This document shows positions 43,403 to 52,877 of a DNA stretch of 52,877 bases, in pieces. Source of the DNA: Burkholderiales bacterium (GTDB taxonomy: Bacteria > Pseudomonadota > Gammaproteobacteria > Burkholderiales > Ga0077523); contig DAIPHN010000001.1 in NCBI GenBank assembly GCA_036771335.1, forward strand, positions 1 to 52,877, given 5' to 3'. Each line of letters starts with the position of its first letter. Within the stretch, counting starts at the first letter, position 1. The notes beneath the pieces were generated by a model. That model was not told the DNA's origin. It did not search any database and saw nothing but the letters and a program-made list of their open reading frames with translations. The position numbers were made by a program, and so were the translations under genes.

Positions 43403-44623
43403 TTACTGGTAGCGCAGGGCCTCGATGGGCTCCAGGTAGGCGGCCTTGCGGGCCGGGTAGAAGCCGAAGAAGATGCCCACGCAGGCCGCCACGCCGAAGG
43501 CCAGCACAATGGAGGCGCTGGTCACCTCCGCGGCCATGCCCGTGAAGCGCGCCGCCACGCTGGCGCCGCCCACGCCCAGGGCCACGCCGATCAGGCAGCC
43601 CAGCACCGACACGAACACCGCCTCGGCCAGGAACTGCAGCAGGATGTCGCGGCGGCGCGCGCCAATGGCCATGCGGATGCCGATCTCGCGGGTGCGCTCG
43701 GTCACCGACACCAGCATGATGTTCATGATGCCGATGCCGCCCACCACCAGCGACACGGCCGCTACGGCGCCCAGCAGCATGGACAGCACGCGGGTGGTCT
43801 GGGCCTGCACCTCGGCGGCGGCGGCGAGGTTGCGCACCGTGAAGTCGTTTTCCACGCCCTCGGCCAGCCGGTGGCGCTCGCGCAGCAGCGCGGTCATGTC
43901 CGCCTCGGCCTGGGCCATGGCGCGCTCCGAGATGGCCTGCACCATGATCATGCGCACGCTGTTGGGCACCGTGGCGCCAAACACCTTGCGCTGCGCCGTG
44001 GACAGGGGAATGAGCACCGTGTCGTCCTGGTCGCGGCCGTCGAAGCTCTGACCCTTGGCCGCCAGCACGCCCGCCACCACGAAGGGCACATTACGAATGC
44101 GCAGGGAGCGGCCCACCGGATCGTCGTCGCCGAACAGCCGGTCGGCCACCGTCTGCCCCAGCACCGCCACGCGGGTGGCCAGGCGCACGTCGGTGTCGGT
44201 GATGGGGTCGCCCCAGGCGAGCTGCCAGTCGCGCACCCCGAAGTAGCTGGCGGTCACGCCGAATACCTGGGTGTTCCAGTTGGCTGCGCCGGCCACCAGT
44301 TGCGAAGTGCCCGGCTGCATGGGCGCCACATCGCCCACGCTGGGCAACTCGGCCAGCGCGGCGGCGTCGGCCAGGGTGAGGGTGGGGGCGCTGCCCGCGC
44401 CGCCGCGCCCCCCGCCCGCGCTGGAGAAACTGGATACCACCATGAACAGGTTGGTGCCCAGGGTAGCGATGGACTGCCGTACGGCGCGCTGCGCCCCCTG
44501 GCCCACCGCCAGCATGATCACCACGGCTGCCACGCCGATCATCATGCCCAGCATGGTGAGGAAGGTGCGCAGCTTGTTCGCCCCCATGGCGAGCCAGGCC
44601 TCGCGCAGCATGGCGAAGATCAC
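43403..44623 (-). CDS. ABC transporter permease, MacB/FtsX-like
   Basis: The N-terminus is ANKLRTFLTMLGMMIGVAAVV, followed by a large periplasmic loop and an FtsX C-terminus. It makes an ATGA overlap with the ATPase gene. Confidence 0.9.
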   Translation of the reverse strand: MIFAMLREAWLAMGANKLRTFLTMLGMMIGVAAVVIMLAVGQGAQRAVRQSIATLGTNLFMVVSSFSSAGGGRGGAGSAPTLTLADAAALAELPSVGDVAPMQPGTSQLVAGAANWNTQVFGVTASYFGVRDWQLAWGDPITDTDVRLATRVAVLGQTVADRLFGDDDPVGRSLRIRNVPFVVAGVLAAKGQSFDGRDQDDTVLIPLSTAQRKVFGATVPNSVRMIMVQAISERAMAQAEADMTALLRERHRLAEGVENDFTVRNLAAAAEVQAQTTRVLSMLLGAVAAVSLVVGGIGIMNIMLVSVTERTREIGIRMAIGARRRDILLQFLAEAVFVSVLGCLIGVALGVGGASVAARFTGMAAEVTSASIVLAFGVAACVGIFFGFYPARKAAYLEPIEALRYQ

Positions 44624-45381
44624 GGCGGCCCGCCCGCGTCGCTTTGAGCCGCCGCCACGGCCGGCGACCAGACCCGGTCGGTCACCGGCGCGTCTTCCAC
44701 CACACGCCCGTCCAGGAAGGCGATGCGCCGCGTGGCGAAACGGGCCACGTCCGCTTCGTGAGTCACCAGCACGATGGTGGTGCGGTCTTCGTGATTGAGG
44801 CGCGCGAACAGATCCATCACCTCGTGGCTGGTGGCCGTGTCCAGGTTGCCCGTGGGCTCGTCGGCGAGCAGCAACTGGGGCCGGTTGGCCAGGGCACGGG
44901 CAATGGCCACACGCTGCTGCTGGCCGCCGGAGATCTGGCTGGGCCGGTGATGGCCGCGGTTGCCCAGGCCCACGCGCTCGAGCAGCTCGCCGGCGCGGCG
45001 CAGCCGCTCGCGCCGCGGCACGCCCGCGTAGACCATGGGCAGGGCCACGTTTTCCAGCACGCTGGCGCGCGGCAGCAGGTTGAAGCCCTGGAAGACGAAG
45101 CCGATGAAGCGGTTGCGCACGCCGGCCAGGGCGTCGCCCGCCAGGCGAGACACGTCGTGCCCATCCAGCAGATAGCGCCCGCCCGTGGGGTGATCCAGGC
45201 CGCCGAGGATGTTCATGAAGGTGGACTTGCCCGAGCCCGAGGGGCCCATCACCGCCACGAACTCGCCCGAGGCCATGGCGAGGCTTACGTCGTGCAGCAC
45301 CGGCACCGGGCCGGCCCCCGTGTCGTAGCGCTTCTCCAGGTGCTCCACCACCACCACGGCATGGCGGGCGGCCGCGCTCAT
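44620..45381 (-). CDS. ABC transporter ATP-binding protein (MacB-type ATPase, encoded separately)
   Basis: [24 protein letters not shown] and [12 protein letters not shown] are present. Confidence 0.92.
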   Translation of the reverse strand: MSAAARHAVVVVEHLEKRYDTGAGPVPVLHDVSLAMASGEFVAVMGPSGSGKSTFMNILGGLDHPTGGRYLLDGHDVSRLAGDALAGVRNRFIGFVFQGFNLLPRASVLENVALPMVYAGVPRRERLRRAGELLERVGLGNRGHHRPSQISGGQQQRVAIARALANRPQLLLADEPTGNLDTATSHEVMDLFARLNHEDRTTIVLVTHEADVARFATRRIAFLDGRVVEDAPVTDRVWSPAVAAAQSDAGGPP

Positions 45382-46583
45382 CAGAAGGAACGCATGCGCT
45401 GGGCTGGCCCGCCCAGGGGATTGGGCGCCGTGGGCGAGTCGGGCAGCCGGTTCTGCACCGCCACCCGGTCGCCCTCTTTCAGCTCGCCCCCCGTCACTTC
45501 CACCAGGCGGCCGTTGGCGATGCCGGTTTCGATGCGCACCGGCGCGAGTTGCTGGCCGCGCAGCACATACACGCGGCCGCCGGGGCCGCGCTTCTCGCCC
45601 TTTGCCTGGGGCTGTTTGGGTTCGGGCGGGAGATCCTTGGGCCGGAAGCGCAGCGCCGCCGAGGGCAGCAGCAGCGCATCCGCGCGGCGGTCCACCTCGG
45701 CGGTGATGTAGGCGGTCATCCCGGGCATGAGCACCTTGTCCTCGTTGGCCACGGCCACCACCACGTCGTAGCTCACCACGTTCTGCTGCACGATGGGATC
45801 GAGGCGGATCTGCGCCACCTGGCCCTCGAAGCGGCGGCCCGGAAAGGCGTCCACGGTGAAGCGCACCGGCATGCCGAGCTTCACTCGGCCGATGTCGGCC
45901 TCGGCCACATTGGTGTCGATCTGCATGCGCGTGAGGTCCTGGGCGATGCGAAACAGCGTCGGTGTCTGGAAGCTCGCCGCCACGGTCTGGCCCACGTCCA
46001 CCTGGCGCGACACCACGACGCCCGAGACGGGTGAGCGGATCACCGCGAAGCCCAGGTTGGCCTGGTCGCGGGCGAGCTGGCCGCGGGCGGTGCGCAGCTG
46101 CGCCTCGGCCGCCTCGCGGGCCTGCACTGCCTGGTCGAGCTCCAGGCGCGACACGTAATCCTCGTTGAAGAGCTGGCGAAAGCGAGCCTCGTTGGCGCGC
46201 GTCAGGCGCAGGGCGGCCTCGGCCGTGGCCACGGCGCCGCTGCTCTGCTCCACCGCCGCGCGAAACAGCGTGGGATCGAGCTCCAGCAGCACCTGGCCGG
46301 CAGCTACGGTGCTGTTGAAGTCGGCATGCAGCTTCTTCACCGTGCCCGACACCTGCGTGCCCACGTTCACGAGCACCACCGGATTGAGGGTGCCGCTGGC
46401 GGTGACCATCTGGCTGATCTCCCCGCGCGTCACCTCCTGGAACTCGTAGCGCTCCTCCGGGCCGCGCGCCTCGCCGCGCTGGTAGTGGTTCCATGCCCAC
46501 CAGCCGGTGGCGGCCAGGGCCGCCACCAGCGAAAGTCTGAGGAACCAGGACAGCAGGCGCGATGGGTTCATGAGGGCCTTCAT
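45381..46583 (-). CDS. MacA/HlyD-family periplasmic adaptor
   Basis: I chose the start MKALMNPSRLLSWFL. The coiled-coil hairpin region is present. It makes an ATGA overlap with the upstream OMP gene. Confidence 0.88.
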   Translation of the reverse strand: MKALMNPSRLLSWFLRLSLVAALAATGWWAWNHYQRGEARGPEERYEFQEVTRGEISQMVTASGTLNPVVLVNVGTQVSGTVKKLHADFNSTVAAGQVLLELDPTLFRAAVEQSSGAVATAEAALRLTRANEARFRQLFNEDYVSRLELDQAVQAREAAEAQLRTARGQLARDQANLGFAVIRSPVSGVVVSRQVDVGQTVAASFQTPTLFRIAQDLTRMQIDTNVAEADIGRVKLGMPVRFTVDAFPGRRFEGQVAQIRLDPIVQQNVVSYDVVVAVANEDKVLMPGMTAYITAEVDRRADALLLPSAALRFRPKDLPPEPKQPQAKGEKRGPGGRVYVLRGQQLAPVRIETGIANGRLVEVTGGELKEGDRVAVQNRLPDSPTAPNPLGGPAQRMRSF

Positions 46584-48022
46584 CTCGGCGCTGCCGGACT
46601 GGCCGGCAGCAGGGCGGCGTCCAGGTCGCCGATGGCGCGGGCCAGGCCCGCCTTGGCCGCATTCCAGCGGAAGCGGGCTTCGATGCGCTGCAGCTGGGCG
46701 CGCGACAGGGCGGTCTGGGCCACCAGCAGGTCGGTGACTGTGCCCACCCCGGCCCGGTAGCGGCCCAGCGCCACGGCGTAGGACTGCTCCGCGCTGGCTA
46801 CCACGTCGCTGGTGGCTTCGAGGGAGGCGCGCTGGGTACGGACTTCCTGAAAGTTGCGCCACACGTCCAGCGTCACGTCGTTGCGCAGCACGTCCTGCTG
46901 GGCGGCCTGCTGCTCGGCCGTCTCGCGGGCGGCGCGAATGCGGTAGGTGTTCTGGTAGCCGGTGAACAGCGGGATGGACACCTGCACGCCCAGTGCCCCG
47001 GTACGTGGATCGATACCCGGTTCGTTCTGCGTGGCCGAGGCATTGGCGAAAAGAGACACGGTGGGCTTGCTGGCGGACTGCTGCACGCGCACCGCGGCAT
47101 CGGCGGCCCGACGGCGGGCTTCTCCCGCCAGCAGGTCGGGGCGCTGGGCGAGGGCTGTTTCCACCAGCCGGTCCACGTCAGCCGCCGCCAGGCGCTGCGC
47201 CGCCAGATCGTCAGGGGCCACGATGGCAAGCGGGCGGTTGGCGGGCTGGCCAATGCGATTGGCCAGCGGGCCGCGCGCGGTGGCCGCCGCGCCTTCGGCC
47301 TGCACCCGGGCGAAGCGCGACTGGGAGTGGGCAGTCTGGGCCTGCAGCACATCGGCCCTGGTGGCGCTGCCCGCGCGCTGGCGCGCCTCAGCGGCATCCA
47401 GGCTCTGGCGCGCTGATTTCTCCGCCGCCTCGGTGGCCACGATGGCCTCCTCGGCAGCGAACAACTGGTAGAAGGCCTGCACCGTGTCCAGAAGCACCGC
47501 CTGCAGCACGTCGTTGTGGGACCAGTCCGCCGCCAGCAGCGACTGGCGCGCCTGTTCGATGCTGGCCGCGCGCCCGCCGAAGTCGAACAGCAGGTAGTTC
47601 ACGCTCAGGGCGCCCGTGGCCTGGGTGCGCTGACCGGGCAGGGTGGGCGTGGAGCGCTGGTCCAGGCGTTGCACCGTGCCGTTGGCGCTGACGTTGGGCA
47701 GCAAGGTGCCCCGCGCCACGCCCAACTGGGCCGCCTGCGCCTTGGCCGCCGACCAGGAGGCGCGGGTGCGCGGGTTGAAGCACAGCGCCAGATCCACCGC
47801 GTCCACCAGGGCGAGCGGCTGGGGCGGCGCTGGCTGGTCGGGGCAGGGGCGCGGTGAGCTACCCGACCAGCCCGCCGAGGGTGCGGGCGGATGCAGCTCG
47901 CGCACCCGGTAGGGGTCATCCTCGCCTGCCGCGTTGATCGAGCCCGCCGCCAGCGAGAGGGTCAGCAGGCTCGCTGCCAGCGGCCGGCGCATCCCCCCCT
48001 GCTGCGCGAGGCGAGTACTCAT
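46580..48022 (-). CDS. TolC-family outer-membrane efflux protein
   Basis: It has a signal peptide and duplicated OEP repeats. It is the first gene of a four-gene efflux operon. Confidence 0.85.
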   Translation of the reverse strand: MSTRLAQQGGMRRPLAASLLTLSLAAGSINAAGEDDPYRVRELHPPAPSAGWSGSSPRPCPDQPAPPQPLALVDAVDLALCFNPRTRASWSAAKAQAAQLGVARGTLLPNVSANGTVQRLDQRSTPTLPGQRTQATGALSVNYLLFDFGGRAASIEQARQSLLAADWSHNDVLQAVLLDTVQAFYQLFAAEEAIVATEAAEKSARQSLDAAEARQRAGSATRADVLQAQTAHSQSRFARVQAEGAAATARGPLANRIGQPANRPLAIVAPDDLAAQRLAAADVDRLVETALAQRPDLLAGEARRRAADAAVRVQQSASKPTVSLFANASATQNEPGIDPRTGALGVQVSIPLFTGYQNTYRIRAARETAEQQAAQQDVLRNDVTLDVWRNFQEVRTQRASLEATSDVVASAEQSYAVALGRYRAGVGTVTDLLVAQTALSRAQLQRIEARFRWNAAKAGLARAIGDLDAALLPASPAAPR

Positions 48023-48052
48023 GGAGGGATTCTAGCGGCGCAGTGTGAAAGA

Positions 48053-48922
48053 TCAGCGCGCGTCAGCCGGGGGGGCAGCCGCCGGCTCGGCGGGCGGCGG
48101 GCGTCGCTGGGCCAGGAACGCCTCCACATGGGCCAGGGCCTCGGGCTTGCGCGCCTCCACCGCCTCCACCACCCGGCGCAACACGCCGTCGATGGTGACA
48201 ACGAGCTCGCTCGATACCTTCTTGGCCACCAGGCGCACGTACTTCACGCCGGGGCAGTAGCGGTTCTCGGGGCTGCAGGCCACGAACTGGAAGGCCTCGG
48301 GGTTGCGCTTGGAGAATTCCAGTTCGTTGTCCTTCCTGGGGATCTTGGGCACGGCGATGCGTTGCAGCTCCTTCTGCTCGGCCTCGGCGCCCGGCATGTC
48401 GTACTGGAACTGGTTGGTGTAGGTGTAGCGAAACAGCACCGTCTCGCTCAGGAACCAGTCCATGAGGGCAAGCTGCTCCTTGCCGGCGTCGGATTCGAAA
48501 TGGCTGGCGATCACGTCGGCCTCTTCGCCATCCAGGCCGGTGACGGCCGCCTCGGTCCACACGTTGCGCAGGCGCAGGTCGTCGGCGAAGGCGGCGGTGA
48601 TGAGCGGAGGGCTGTCTCGCACCATAGCCGCCTCCGCGGCGTTCCAGTGGGTGTCGCCCAGTTTCCAGTCCGCACCCAGGTTGCGCTCGCGGCCCAGGTT
48701 CCAGAGATGCTCGCGGGCGGTGCGCAGGGCCGCCTGCCGCAGCACGAGCCGCGCGGTGGCGGTGATCATGGTGAGGTCGTGCGCTGCCGCCACGCGGTTC
48801 ACGGCCGTGCGCTGTTGCTCCCGTCCCTCGGTCTGATCTTCAGGCGGCGCGGCGAAGGCCGCGGCGGTCCACAGCGCCCACGACAGCATCGCAGCCCCGG
48901 CGGCCGCTCGACCCAACCCCAT
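48053..48922 (-). CDS. Secreted hypothetical protein, family unknown
   Basis: The signal peptide is MGLGRAAAGAAMLSWALWTAAAFA. The composition looks coding. I recognise no motif. Confidence 0.55.
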   Translation of the reverse strand: MGLGRAAAGAAMLSWALWTAAAFAAPPEDQTEGREQQRTAVNRVAAAHDLTMITATARLVLRQAALRTAREHLWNLGRERNLGADWKLGDTHWNAAEAAMVRDSPPLITAAFADDLRLRNVWTEAAVTGLDGEEADVIASHFESDAGKEQLALMDWFLSETVLFRYTYTNQFQYDMPGAEAEQKELQRIAVPKIPRKDNELEFSKRNPEAFQFVACSPENRYCPGVKYVRLVAKKVSSELVVTIDGVLRRVVEAVEARKPEALAHVEAFLAQRRPPPAEPAAAPPADAR

Positions 48923-49010
48923 CGCTTCCCGTATCCCCGCAGTGGCGAGGCGCGATTCTAACCGCGGCCACGCGACCGGGCGCCCCGGGCGCTGGCCGCT
49001 GCCCATCGCC

Positions 49011-49601
49011 TCAGCGCTGGGTGGTCTTGCGAATGTCCTTGGTGTCGCTCCACTCCTCGATGCCGGTCTGCACGTTGGTGAGCGACAGGAACAGCTGGTA
49101 GTACACGTCCTTCACGTCCTTGGTTTCCTTGACGATGGAGCTGATCTCGCCCGAGAGGCGGAAGCCGGCCCCCACCATCTGGCCGATCTGGGCCGATTGC
49201 TCCTGCTTGTAGTACTCGGATTGCTGGCGCTGCAGCTCGGAGATCTGCTTCTTCATGTCCGCCTCGTCCGCCGCGAAGCGCACCCTGCGGCTCTTCTGCA
49301 GCGTGGCGCGCATGCGGTTGGTGATGGTGCGGGTGTCGATGTATTCGCTGGTCTTGTTCTTCACTTCCTGGATGGTGACGATGGGCAGGTTGCCGCTGCT
49401 GATCACCGGCGCCTCGGAGAGCATGGATTGGGACATCTGCTCGGCCAGCATCTGCAGGTCGGTGGAGCCGAACTGGTTGGTGACCGTCTCCACGGCGCCG
49501 GCATCGCCGTAGCGCGTCTTGGGCTTGGCGCAGCCGCTCAGGACGATGCAACCGGCCAGGGCGGCCACCGACAGCAGTCGAAGGGTGAGGTTTGCTTGCA
49601 T
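49011..49601 (-). CDS. LpoB-family (COG3417) lipoprotein
   Basis: The lipobox is LSGC. LPIVTIQEVKNKTSEYID...FRLSGEISSI...YYQLFLSLTNVQTGIEEWS resembles the LpoB globular domain. Confidence 0.8.
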   Translation of the reverse strand: MQANLTLRLLSVAALAGCIVLSGCAKPKTRYGDAGAVETVTNQFGSTDLQMLAEQMSQSMLSEAPVISSGNLPIVTIQEVKNKTSEYIDTRTITNRMRATLQKSRRVRFAADEADMKKQISELQRQQSEYYKQEQSAQIGQMVGAGFRLSGEISSIVKETKDVKDVYYQLFLSLTNVQTGIEEWSDTKDIRKTTQR

Positions 49602-49605
49602 GGCG

Positions 49606-50043
49606 TCAGTCCTGTCCCATGATGATGAATCTGAAGTCGCGCGCCTTGGGGTTGGGCGCCACGGTGGTGACGATCTGCCGGGAGTTGCCGTACATGAGCA
49701 GCGGCTTCCAGGACTCTTCTTCGGCGGCCCGCATGCCCTCGGCGTCGATCCAGCGGAACTTGTACATCAGGCGCTCCACGTCGGACTCGTCGTTGTAGAC
49801 GCCCACGTCGATCTTCAGCAGCTCGCCGGTGGTGGTGCAGCGCACTTCCTCCACTTCCACATCGGGGCTCTTGCCGCCTTCCCGCACGGTCTTGGCCTTC
49901 ACCAGGTCGGACATGGAAGAAATCTTCTGGTCGCCGATGGGGCAGCCGAAGGCGAATCCGGGCTTCTCGAAGCCTTTCTTGGTGCCGCAGGCCGACAAAG
50001 CCAGGGCGGCGAACAGCATCACGATCACGGTCAGGGGTTTCAT
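49606..50043 (-). CDS. YcfL-family (DUF1425) lipoprotein
   Basis: The lipobox is LSAC. The YKFRWIDAEG motif corresponds to YRFYWYDARG of E. coli YcfL. Confidence 0.78.
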   Translation of the reverse strand: MKPLTVIVMLFAALALSACGTKKGFEKPGFAFGCPIGDQKISSMSDLVKAKTVREGGKSPDVEVEEVRCTTTGELLKIDVGVYNDESDVERLMYKFRWIDAEGMRAAEEESWKPLLMYGNSRQIVTTVAPNPKARDFRFIIMGQD

Positions 50044-51578
50044 CAGGGGATCCTCCGGGAGGCAAGGGAAGTGCTGCGGTCCAACTGCTGGATGCTTACG
50101 ACCGCCGTCGCGCCAGGCGCGGGGTCGATCATGGCGGATTTCGCGTCCGCTGGCGGCAGCGGCTGGCCGGGAGCCACAAAGAGCCGGCCACCCGCTACGC
50201 GTACAGCCACCACGGCGTGGGAGGCGGACAGGTTGACATCGAAGCTCACCGCCCCCGAGCTGGTGTCCACTTGCACGGAGTGCACACCCCGCGACAGGCG
50301 GCCCCGGGCCACGGTGACATGGGCCGGCAAAGAGCGCCAGGTGCGCTCGTCGGCGGACTCGAGAACGATGCCGCCGATCTGCAAGGCCAGCAGTCCCAGC
50401 GCCATGCCCAGGTTATCCTCGTCGCGGTTGCGGCGGCGTCGCTCTTCCATTTGCCGCTGCATCTCGTACTGGGCCAGGGCCCGCGAGGCGGAGCGGGCGA
50501 AGGTGCGCAGCATGATGCCGGGCATCTCGTCGGAAAGGGCGCGCCTCGCCATGGCGTCCACGTCGAGGGCGTGGGCGGAGCCCAACCCGAGCGAGCGGTC
50601 CACCGTGACCGCGGGCGCAGTGTAGGCTGTCCGGTCCGTTAGCACGGGGAAGGAGGCGCTCACGTAAATCCACCGCCCATCGGGGCCCACGGGAATGGGC
50701 AGATTGAAGTCCCGAGAGGCTCGTGCCGGCGCAAGACCCGTCTCGATCACGAACAGCGTGTCGCACTTGCCGTCGTCGTCCAGGGCCATGCGCTCGTCAA
50801 GCCCGCCCAGGGAGTCCTCCAGCAGCGCTTGTCCGGGGCGCAGTTCGATGGCGGTGCGATAGCCTGGTGCCGCCAGGCTGCCCTCGCCCAGGGCCTCGTA
50901 CACGAAGCCGGCCAAGTAGTGGGAGAGGGCGTTCTGGTAGCCGTTCTTCAAGGCGAGGGCTTCGGGTACCTCCAGGGTCTGCACTGGGTAGCCGCCGATC
51001 TCCTTGAAGCTCTGCCGGGCGCCCTTGCGCTCGGCATCTTCCCGGATCTCCACGTACTGTTTCGCCCGTACCTCCGCGATAAGCGCCTCGCGTTCATGGG
51101 TGCGCTTGATGTGCACCCGGGCGTTGTCCCAATCGCCCAGGGCCAGGTGGTCCATGGCCATGCGGGTGGTCACCATCACCTTTTCGTAGTCGATGCCTTG
51201 GTAGACACGCACCTTGTCGTTGACCAGAAGACTGGCCACCGAGCCCGAGAGCTTCGAAGGGTCGAGCTTCGCGGTCTGCTCCCAGGCCTGAATCACGGCG
51301 TCTGCCGTCCGGAAGGCCTCGAGGCTGCGCGGGTACTCGCCGTTGAGGCGCCGCAACTCACCGAGTTCCAGGTGGAACAGCAGGTCGCGATCGCTGCCCT
51401 TATTGTTTTTCTCCAGAACCTTGATGGCGCCCGGCACATCGCCGGCCACCACCCGGCGGAGGGTCACATCCATCTCCTGGCGGTAGGTACGCAGGCTGCC
51501 GCAGCCGGCGAGGTGCAGTGCCGCTGCTGCGAGCAGCAGCAAACGCAGCGCGAAGCCCGCGTGGAGTCGATTGATCAA
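50043..51578 (-). CDS. Large TPR-like lipoprotein (COG3014-type)
   Basis: The lipobox is LAGC. The protein is 511 aa with an apparent TTG start. It overlaps the ycfL-like start by 1 nt. Confidence 0.72.
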   Translation of the reverse strand: MINRLHAGFALRLLLLAAAALHLAGCGSLRTYRQEMDVTLRRVVAGDVPGAIKVLEKNNKGSDRDLLFHLELGELRRLNGEYPRSLEAFRTADAVIQAWEQTAKLDPSKLSGSVASLLVNDKVRVYQGIDYEKVMVTTRMAMDHLALGDWDNARVHIKRTHEREALIAEVRAKQYVEIREDAERKGARQSFKEIGGYPVQTLEVPEALALKNGYQNALSHYLAGFVYEALGEGSLAAPGYRTAIELRPGQALLEDSLGGLDERMALDDDGKCDTLFVIETGLAPARASRDFNLPIPVGPDGRWIYVSASFPVLTDRTAYTAPAVTVDRSLGLGSAHALDVDAMARRALSDEMPGIMLRTFARSASRALAQYEMQRQMEERRRRNRDEDNLGMALGLLALQIGGIVLESADERTWRSLPAHVTVARGRLSRGVHSVQVDTSSGAVSFDVNLSASHAVVAVRVAGGRLFVAPGQPLPPADAKSAMIDPAPGATAVVSIQQLDRSTSLASRRIP

Positions 51579-51674
51579 GGCAGTGGAGGAGGGCGCGAGA
51601 AAATCGCCCCTATTCTGGCATGGGGCGAGCGCCTGCGGCGCCGGTTGCTCCCGGCAGGCACCAGGCCGGTCCGG

Positions 51675-52616
51675 TCAGCGGATCACCACCCCCCAGGGGA
51701 TCTCGCCCACGGGAATGTCTCTCAACTTGCGGTTCGTGGCCGTATCGATAACGCTCACGGAGTTATCCCTGCCGTTGGCCACGTACAGCTTGGCGCCGTC
51801 CGGGGTGATGGCCATGTTCCAGGGCCGCTTGCCCACGGCGATCGTGGCGGTGATGGTGTTGGTGGCGGTGTCGATCACCGACACGCTGGCATCCTTGCCA
51901 TTGGACACGTACACGCGTTTGCCGTCGGGGTGGACGGTGACGCCGTTGGAGAAGGTACCCGCCTTGATCTCGGCCACCACCTTCTGGGTGGCCACGTCGA
52001 TGGCAAACACCTTGCTGTCGAACTCGCAGGCCACGTAGGCGCGCGAGCCATCGGGCAGGAAGGCGATGCCGCGCGGGCGCTTGGCCACCTTCACCGAGGC
52101 CACCTGCTTCTGGGCGGCCACGTCCACGATGTCCACCTGGTCGGCCTCCTCGGCGCTCACGTACAGCCAGCGGCCGTCTGGGCTGAACACGGCGTGCTCC
52201 GGGTTTTCGCCGCGGGTCTTGACATTGAACTGCTTGCGGCCCGAGGCGGTGTCGATGAAGGCGGCGCTGTTGCTCATCTCCACCGCCACCACCACCCACC
52301 TGCCGTCGGGCGAGCGGCTCACGCCCTCGGGCGATTCGCCCAGGTCGATGGTGCCGGCCACGGCTCGCTTCTCCAGGTCCACCACCAGCAGCGCGTTGGC
52401 GGGCTGGTCGCTCACGTACAGGGTGCGGCCATCGGTGGCCACGGCCTGGCCGCGGGGCTTGGTGCCCGCCTTGATGGTGCCTACCACTTCGTCGGTGGCC
52501 GTGTCGATGATGGAGATGGTGCCCGATTTCTCGTTGGCCACGTAGGCCAGCGGGGCGGCTGCCGCCTGCAGGGCGCAGAAAAAGCCCGCGGCAAGCGCGG
52601 GCAGGAGGCGTTTCAT
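51675..52616 (-). CDS. YVTN-repeat beta-propeller protein, secreted
   Basis: YV.N....VSVID repeats recur about seven times (for example LYVANGRDNSVSVIDTAT). I chose the signal peptide start MKRLLPALAAGFFCALQA. Confidence 0.85.
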   Translation of the reverse strand: MKRLLPALAAGFFCALQAAAAPLAYVANEKSGTISIIDTATDEVVGTIKAGTKPRGQAVATDGRTLYVSDQPANALLVVDLEKRAVAGTIDLGESPEGVSRSPDGRWVVVAVEMSNSAAFIDTASGRKQFNVKTRGENPEHAVFSPDGRWLYVSAEEADQVDIVDVAAQKQVASVKVAKRPRGIAFLPDGSRAYVACEFDSKVFAIDVATQKVVAEIKAGTFSNGVTVHPDGKRVYVSNGKDASVSVIDTATNTITATIAVGKRPWNMAITPDGAKLYVANGRDNSVSVIDTATNRKLRDIPVGEIPWGVVIR

Positions 52617-52662
52617 GGTGAAGTGATCCTCGTGGTGGTTACCGGCCACCGCTAGAGACAGT

Positions 52663-52877
52663 TCAGCGCGGCTGGCGTTCGAGGAAGTATCGCACGCCGA
52701 TCCAGGCGGCCCGGGGCGCGCCCGGGCCGTAGAAGGTTTCGCGGGCCCAGTCGCCGGAGTTGGTCTGGAACACGCCCGCAGCGTTGAAGGGAGTTTCGGC
52801 CAGGATGGCGGCGGTGTTTAAGCGGTTGTCGAACACGTTGTTGATGCGCCCGATGAGCTGCCACTGGGAGGTGAGCT
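52663..52877 (-). CDS. TonB-dependent receptor, C-terminal fragment (5' end lies outside the window)
   Basis: My own translation gives ...LTSQWQLIGRINNVFDNRLNTAAILAETPFNAAGVFQTNSGDWARETFYGPGAPRAAWIGVRYFLERQPR*. This is the typical TBDR terminal strand. It is absent from the ORF track because it has no start codon in the window. Confidence 0.7.
   Translation of the reverse strand, partial: LTSQWQLIGRINNVFDNRLNTAAILAETPFNAAGVFQTNSGDWARETFYGPGAPRAAWIGVRYFLERQPR

Overview
This is a 52.9-kb high-GC proteobacterial chromosomal segment in which I support about 45 protein-coding genes. I recognised no rRNA, tRNA or CRISPR array. The right two thirds (about 20.5-52.9 kb) looks like ordinary core and housekeeping DNA. 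It carries greB, a Prx5-type peroxiredoxin, metY, fadD, queG, a GST, an enolase-superfamily enzyme, a CzcA/CusA-type RND efflux operon, a TolC/MacA/ABC efflux operon, a COG3014/YcfL/LpoB-like lipoprotein trio, and a YVTN beta-propeller next to the 3' end of a TonB-dependent receptor. The left third (about 1.5-20.5 kb) looks accessory: by eye its GC is lower and patchy, and it contains decayed gene remnants. It carries a Hen1-Pnkp RNA-repair operon, a cyclase-homology/TM/PEGA protein, a translationally coupled lipoprotein plus tail-anchored Hanks Ser/Thr kinase, a TetR-DUF2141 pair, an asparaginase, and an SNF2-helicase/SWIM-zinc-finger pair. The most unusual thing I see is not a gene. A diverged non-coding element of about 150-450 bp recurs in the same orientation at about 1.55, 6.65, 11.72, 16.11 and 20.38 kb. 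These copies cut the accessory region into four cassette-like blocks of 4.3-5.1 kb. Two copies carry near-identical sigma70-like promoters facing the cyclase/kinase module and the SNF2/SWIM module. All calls come from reading the translated ORF track and the sequence by eye. Start codons were chosen from ORF-track arithmetic and nearby SD motifs and may be off. Family names are recollections of conserved motifs, not database hits.
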